A stretch of DNA of 64,000 nucleotides from Candidatus Poribacteria bacterium. GTDB taxonomy: Bacteria; Poribacteria; WGA-4E; WGA-3G. Positions 59,387 to 64,000 of this stretch are shown in pieces. The stretch's first letter is position 1. The number at the start of each line of letters is the position of its first letter. The stretch covers positions 3,808,001 through 3,872,000 of the forward strand of contig OZ251518.1 of the NCBI GenBank assembly GCA_965242965.1, in the 5' to 3' direction. A program made the translations under genes and the position numbers. The notes beneath the pieces were generated by a model, which made no database searches, was not told the DNA's origin, and saw only the letters and a list, made by a program, of their open reading frames with translations.

Positions 59387-61608
59387 GAGTGCTAATTGTT
59401 GCGAAAACGCGGATGGGAAGCGGTGCGTGCATTGGCGCGCTCACGGAGAAAGGCGAGAGCGTGCGGCTTGTTCCGTTCAACGCCGATGAACACCAGGGCG
59501 CAAATCGGGAGTATGAGATAGGTGAAATCTGGGAGATTTCCGCGAAACCCGCGGCCGCTGTCATCCCGCCGCATCACGAAAACATCGTCGTCTATGAAAA
59601 GCGGCACCTCCGTACCATGACAGCATTGGAAAGCGCGATTGAGCTCCTCATGCCGCCTAACATCGGACACCCGCGTGAACTCTACGAAGGACTCTTACAG
59701 ATGAGCCGTAGCGGCGCGCTTTACATCGCAGAGAAGAGCGGGATGCCACCTTACAGCACAACGTTTTGGCGGCCAGACCAGGCACTCACCCGTGATACGG
59801 ACAGCAGACGCATTCGGTATCGTTACCCCACAGCAGATGGCGGATGCACGCTCACCTATGTCGGTTTTGAAGAACCGCTTGAAACAATCCCTGCTGGCAC
59901 CCTCGTGCGCGTCTCGCTCGCACAGTGGTGGAAACCGACAGACAGAACGGATAATGAGGAACGGTGCCACGCGCAAATTTCCGGCTGGTTCCTCGAAGAA
60001 TCAGTAGGCGAGCCCTCCCGTTCTCAACAGACATCACCGGTAGAAGAGCCCTCCCTGTCTCAACGCTCTCAAGCCGACATGCCGCCGCCTGAAACCCCAC
60101 GCGAATATCTCAAGCAAGTCTTCGGACACGACGACTTCCGAGCGTTGCAAGAGGAAATCATTACGCACGTCCTTGAAAGACACGATGCTCTGATAGTCCT
60201 ACCGACAGGCGGCGGAAAATCACTCTGCTATCAGCTGCCCGCGCTCATTTTTCAGGGGGTTTCTGTCGTCGTTTCGCCCCTCATCTCACTTATGCAGGAC
60301 CAGGTGATGCAGTTGGAACAAAAAGGCATCCCTGCCGCTTTTCTCAACAGCACTGTGAGTTATGACGCTTACGTTGAAACGATGCACCAAGTCAAACGCG
60401 GCGAGATTAAGTTGCTTTACGTCGCGCCAGAAACACTCGTGCGCAATGAAATCCTGCTGATGCTTGACGCGTCCAATGTCGCGTGCATCGCTATTGACGA
60501 GGCGCACTGTATCTCGCAGTGGGGCCACGATTTCCGTCCCGAATATCGGCAACTCGTCTCGGTGCGCGAACGGTTCCCGAACGCTGTCTGTGTCGCGATG
60601 ACAGCCACCGCCACGCCGAGGGTGCAGGCGGACATCACGCAGTCGCTGCAATTGCAAGCGGAAAACCAATTCATTGCTAGTTTCGACCGGGGGAATCTCT
60701 TCATCACTGTGGAACCGAAGGTTGAGTTGCTGCGGCAGACGCTTGCGTTTCTCAATGCCCACCACGGCGAATCGGGTATCATCTACTGCCAGACGAGGAA
60801 ACAGGTGGAATCGCTGTGCCACAATTTAAGCACCTACGGGATTCAGGCACTCCCCTATCACGCAGAACTGGGTGCGGAAACCCGCAAGCGACATCAGGAG
60901 GCTTTCATCAACGGCGACACACGAATTATCGTCGCGACGATTGCCTTCGGCATGGGGATTGATAAGCCGGATGTCCGCTTCGTCCTCCACGCCGGTTTGC
61001 CGAAGGAACCCGAGTCTTACTATCAGGAAATCGGCCGTGCCGGGCGCGATGGGCAACGTTCCGAGTGCCTGCTGCTATTCAGTTATGGCGATGTGGACAC
61101 GATTCACCATTTCATTGATGAAGGCGCGCCGAGTGAACGTAAAGGACGGCTAGAACGGTTGAATACGCTTGTCGACTGGGCGACTTCGCTGGAGTGCCGT
61201 CGCAAGGGGTTGTTAGCCTATTTCGGAGAACAGTCCGAACAAGCCAATTGCGACATGTGCGATAACTGCCGCCAAGCACGGGAAGAACGCGTCGATCTGA
61301 CGTTGCCAGCGCAGAAATTCCTCTCGTGTGTTTATCGCACAGGGCAAATGTTCGGCGGCGCGCATATTATCAGTGTGATACGCGGTTCAAAAGCGAAAAA
61401 GGTGCTTGAAAATGGACACGACGCGCTCTCTACCTACGGCATTGGCACGGAGTATAGTGCGGCGCAGTGGAACTACCTCATGCAACAGTTTATCCAACAC
61501 AAGTTGTTGCGGCGAGATGCGCAGCACGGCAGTCTGCGTTTGACTGAAAAGGGGTGGGCAGTCCTCCGAAGCGAGGAGCCGTTTTTGGGATTTTCGGTGG
61601 AAAAGTGA
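59383..61608 (+). CDS. recQ: RecQ helicase with N-terminal dual-OB-like domain, no HRDC
   Basis: PTGGGKSLCYQ, DEAHCISQWGHDFR, ATIAFGMGIDK, YYQEIGRAGRDG, Zn-binding CRR..CDMCDNC, RQC; N-terminal about 200 aa KTRM...CIGA...VRL...RVSLAQWW...CHAQISG. Confidence 0.88.
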   Translation: MRVLIVAKTRMGSGACIGALTEKGESVRLVPFNADEHQGANREYEIGEIWEISAKPAAAVIPPHHENIVVYEKRHLRTMTALESAIELLMPPNIGHPRELYEGLLQMSRSGALYIAEKSGMPPYSTTFWRPDQALTRDTDSRRIRYRYPTADGGCTLTYVGFEEPLETIPAGTLVRVSLAQWWKPTDRTDNEERCHAQISGWFLEESVGEPSRSQQTSPVEEPSLSQRSQADMPPPETPREYLKQVFGHDDFRALQEEIITHVLERHDALIVLPTGGGKSLCYQLPALIFQGVSVVVSPLISLMQDQVMQLEQKGIPAAFLNSTVSYDAYVETMHQVKRGEIKLLYVAPETLVRNEILLMLDASNVACIAIDEAHCISQWGHDFRPEYRQLVSVRERFPNAVCVAMTATATPRVQADITQSLQLQAENQFIASFDRGNLFITVEPKVELLRQTLAFLNAHHGESGIIYCQTRKQVESLCHNLSTYGIQALPYHAELGAETRKRHQEAFINGDTRIIVATIAFGMGIDKPDVRFVLHAGLPKEPESYYQEIGRAGRDGQRSECLLLFSYGDVDTIHHFIDEGAPSERKGRLERLNTLVDWATSLECRRKGLLAYFGEQSEQANCDMCDNCRQAREERVDLTLPAQKFLSCVYRTGQMFGGAHIISVIRGSKAKKVLENGHDALSTYGIGTEYSAAQWNYLMQQFIQHKLLRRDAQHGSLRLTEKGWAVLRSEEPFLGFSVEK

Positions 61609-61637
61609 TTGACATTCGCCATGGCGTATGGTATACT
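61609..61637 (+). promoter_or_regulatory. Sigma70 promoter with palindromic operator candidate
   Basis: TTGACA-17 bp-TATACT with extended TG; CGCCATGGCG palindrome at 61617-61626. Confidence 0.7.
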
Positions 61638-61669
61638 TAGTTAACATTTCAACATCAACGGAGGATAGG

Positions 61670-62485
61670 ATGAAAAAATTATGTGACATGTCAACAGATG
61701 AATTACGCACCCTGCTCCAGCGAGTTACCGAAGAGGAAGACTTTTATGCCTCGCGCGAGCAGCTGCTTGAATTGCTGCAAGACCCGGGTTCGGCTCTCTA
61801 CGATGAGCACACCGTTAACCGAGCCGCTTTTCACGTCGAACCGGGCGCGTTGCTGCGGCCGATAGACGGTGTGCCGATTCCTGAATCTCCCCTCGCCACA
61901 GAATTCCGCGAATTTTTCTCTGGATACACCGAGATTGGCTGCTGGCTGGATGACTATAAGGAAGATCCGCTGGAGGGGCTTGCACCGCACACGCCGCTCG
62001 CGAAAAAACTCGCGCGGCACCGCGACTATATCCTTGCAATGCGGAAAACAACGCGGGCAGACCGGCGGTTCAAACGAATGGGTGTCTATATGGCGGATAA
62101 TCCGATGCGCAGCGAGAAAGCGGCATCGGCGTTGCAAGAGACGCGAATCGCCGAGTTGCCGCCGCCGGCATTCCGCGCGCTCGTCCGGCAATTGGTAATG
62201 CAGGAAATTTTTGAGGTGCGCGAAAAGGTTGTGGCGTTGCTGGCGGGACATCCGCCGCGCGAACAGTTGGACCTGGCGTTTCGGGAGTTCTTCGTTGCTT
62301 ATGAGCTCTTTGAGTTGGTTTTGGAGGCATACCACTATGATGCCGACGATGGGTTTGAGTTAAACCCAGAGGTGGAAGCCGAAATTGACGCGGAGGATGC
62401 GGCGATTAAGGCTGGAACAGAGAAACTCATCTCGTTTGAGGAAATCGCCAAGGAGTTTGGATACCTGTTGAAATGTACACGCTAG
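61670..62485 (+). CDS. Hypothetical protein with acidic antitoxin-like C-terminus
   Basis: GGAGG RBS; ends ELNPEVEAEI...AIKAGTEKLISFEEIAKEFG; overlaps RelE start. Confidence 0.75.
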   Translation: MKKLCDMSTDELRTLLQRVTEEEDFYASREQLLELLQDPGSALYDEHTVNRAAFHVEPGALLRPIDGVPIPESPLATEFREFFSGYTEIGCWLDDYKEDPLEGLAPHTPLAKKLARHRDYILAMRKTTRADRRFKRMGVYMADNPMRSEKAASALQETRIAELPPPAFRALVRQLVMQEIFEVREKVVALLAGHPPREQLDLAFREFFVAYELFELVLEAYHYDADDGFELNPEVEAEIDAEDAAIKAGTEKLISFEEIAKEFGYLLKCTR

Positions 62486-62730
62486 AGTTCAAGCGACGCG
62501 CTAGAAGGGGGTTACGGCGGTTGGATGCTACGAACTGCCGACGAGTGCTTGAAGAATTGGAACGGCTGTGTGCAAATTGCGACATCTGGCCGCACGAGGC
62601 ATTGAAAGGGAAAGAACGTGGACGGTTCAAGTTGAAGTCTGGTAAATATCGCGCTGTCTATTCCTTCAGTCGTCCGGACAGAGAGATTGTCGTCCACAAA
62701 ATCGAGCACCGTGCCAAAGTCTATTCGTAA
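62473..62730 (+). CDS. RelE/ParE family toxin
   Basis: MYTLEF.RRA...L..LD, LKG...G.FKLKSGKYRAVY, I.V..I.HR..VY. Confidence 0.9.
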   Translation: MYTLEFKRRARRGLRRLDATNCRRVLEELERLCANCDIWPHEALKGKERGRFKLKSGKYRAVYSFSRPDREIVVHKIEHRAKVYS

Positions 62731-62750
62731 GTAGGAGGTGTGCCTTACGG

Positions 62751-62890
62751 CATCTCGTCATGCAGGAAATCTTCGTGGTGCGCAATCTCGCTGTGGCATT
62801 CTGGCAGGGCATCCTTCGCAACTGCAATTGGAACTCACGTTTCGGGAGTTCTTCACCACTATGATGCTGACGATGGGTTTGAGTTAAACG
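62751..62890 (+). pseudogene. Degenerate duplicate of the 3' part of the antitoxin-like gene
   Basis: ATGCAGGAAAT..., GTTTCGGGAGTTCTTC and ACCACTATGATGC.GACGATGGGTTTGAGTTAAAC match 62190-62365 with an internal deletion. Confidence 0.75.
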
Positions 62891-62893
62891 CGG

Positions 62894-63832
62894 CTAACTC
62901 GGACGATGGGCAGACGAATTCGCCGAAAATCTGTCCAACATTGCCGCAACAACCTGCTTCGTTGATGTCCTTTCTATCCATTTGATACGACAATCTCGCC
63001 GGAACCATGTCAATTGCCGTTTGGCAAAGCGACGCGTGTTCTGCTTCAACTGCGCTATCGCCTCGTCTAACGTGCAGTTCCCATCCAGATACGCAATGAG
63101 TTCTTTGTAGCCGAAACTTTGAAGCGCGGTGGCATTCCGAGAATGGCCTCGCGCGAGCAACCGTTCAACCTCTTCAATTAATCCATCGGCGAGCATCGCA
63201 TCGACTCGCTGTTCAATCCGACGGTAGAGTTGCTCCCGCGGCATCGTCAGTCCGAAGGCGATGAACGGGTACCTCGGTTCCTTATTCCACTGCTGTTGTA
63301 ATTGCGAGATGGGGGTGCCGGTGAGTTCATAAACCTCCAGCGCGCGGATGACTTTCACCAGATTGTTCGGATGAATGCGCTCGGCAGATGCCGCATCGCA
63401 GGCACGGAGGCGAGTGTGGAGAGCCTCTACACCTTGCTGCGCTGCTTCTTGGCGGAGCCGCTTCCGAATCGCCGCGTCCGCCCCCGGTCCTTTGAATAAT
63501 CCATCGACAATCGCGCGGAAATAGAGCCCAGAACCACCGACTAGCATGACGCGCTTGGCGCGGTTTTGGATGTCAGTTATCGCCGCATCCGCCAGAACCT
63601 GATACGCCGCGACAGAGAACGAGTCCGCAATGTCTACGCAGTCAATCAGGTGGTGGCGCGCGGCCAACTGCTCTTCCCGGGTCGGCTTCGCCGTGCCGAT
63701 GTCCATCTCCCGATAAATCTGCCGAGAATCGACGGAAACAATTTCGGCGTTGAGGCGTTGCGCCACCTCAATTGCTATCTCCGTTTTGCCGATGGCTGTT
63801 GGGCCAAGAATGCACAGAAGTTTCATTTTCAT
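62894..63832 (-). CDS. miaA: tRNA dimethylallyltransferase
   Basis: GPTAIGKT, EIVSVDSRQIY.EMDIGTAKP, VGGSGLY, GYKE, TRRFAKRQLTWFR. Confidence 0.97.
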   Translation of the reverse strand: MKMKLLCILGPTAIGKTEIAIEVAQRLNAEIVSVDSRQIYREMDIGTAKPTREEQLAARHHLIDCVDIADSFSVAAYQVLADAAITDIQNRAKRVMLVGGSGLYFRAIVDGLFKGPGADAAIRKRLRQEAAQQGVEALHTRLRACDAASAERIHPNNLVKVIRALEVYELTGTPISQLQQQWNKEPRYPFIAFGLTMPREQLYRRIEQRVDAMLADGLIEEVERLLARGHSRNATALQSFGYKELIAYLDGNCTLDEAIAQLKQNTRRFAKRQLTWFRRDCRIKWIERTSTKQVVAAMLDRFSANSSAHRPS

Positions 63833-64000
63833 ACACATCGGTAGGAGGGTTTTTCCTGTTCTGATGTTGAAGTGCAGTGTTGATGTTTTTCGCTGTTCCG
63901 ATAATCGTGACGTTGTCTTTGATGTGTGGAAACAACTTTTCCACTCGCAGTGTGAACGTTTCCACAGCGCGGTAAGTCAAATCAATGCCGAGCCACTGAC
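63768..64000 (-). CDS. 3' end of a probable DNA methyltransferase (partial, possibly truncated)
   Basis: Reads QWLGIDLTYRAVE...RVEK...TIIG, paralleling RRWVGIELT...RIEG of the 9159-10634 MTase. Confidence 0.5.
   Translation of the reverse strand, partial: QWLGIDLTYRAVETFTLRVEKLFPHIKDNVTIIGTAKNINTALQHQNRKNPPTDVYENETSVHSWPNSHRQNGDSN

Overview
64 kb of a GC-moderate bacterial chromosome, most likely Candidatus Poribacteria (inferred from four PhyH dioxygenases, LamG/lamin-tail secreted proteins ending in a V-x-P-x-x-K-L-x-T-x-W-G-x-x-K motif, sulfatase/anSME, Uma2 and ASPIC/UnbV genes). Housekeeping and metabolic genes (nucleoside and liv ABC transporters, glpD, lpxK, lpxB, argC, ppk2, miaA) are interleaved with several defence-like loci: a Type ISP/IIG-like R-M gene + GHKL ATPase-nuclease + divergent TIR gene; an uncharacterised three-gene operon (unknown/winged-helix-like + PIN + AAA+ ATPase); a DUF488-DUF488-(OB-like/RecQ fusion) operon; an MTase-Mrr fusion; and a RelE toxin with an unusually long upstream partner. 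Intergenic DNA is dense with diverse GTAG-headed REP-like hairpins. Some are packaged between IS-like terminal inverted repeats (one pair brackets two ORFs) and some sit in frame inside genes such as lpxK. No rRNA, tRNA, CRISPR array or transposase was recognised. All family assignments are by-eye motif recognition, not database searches.
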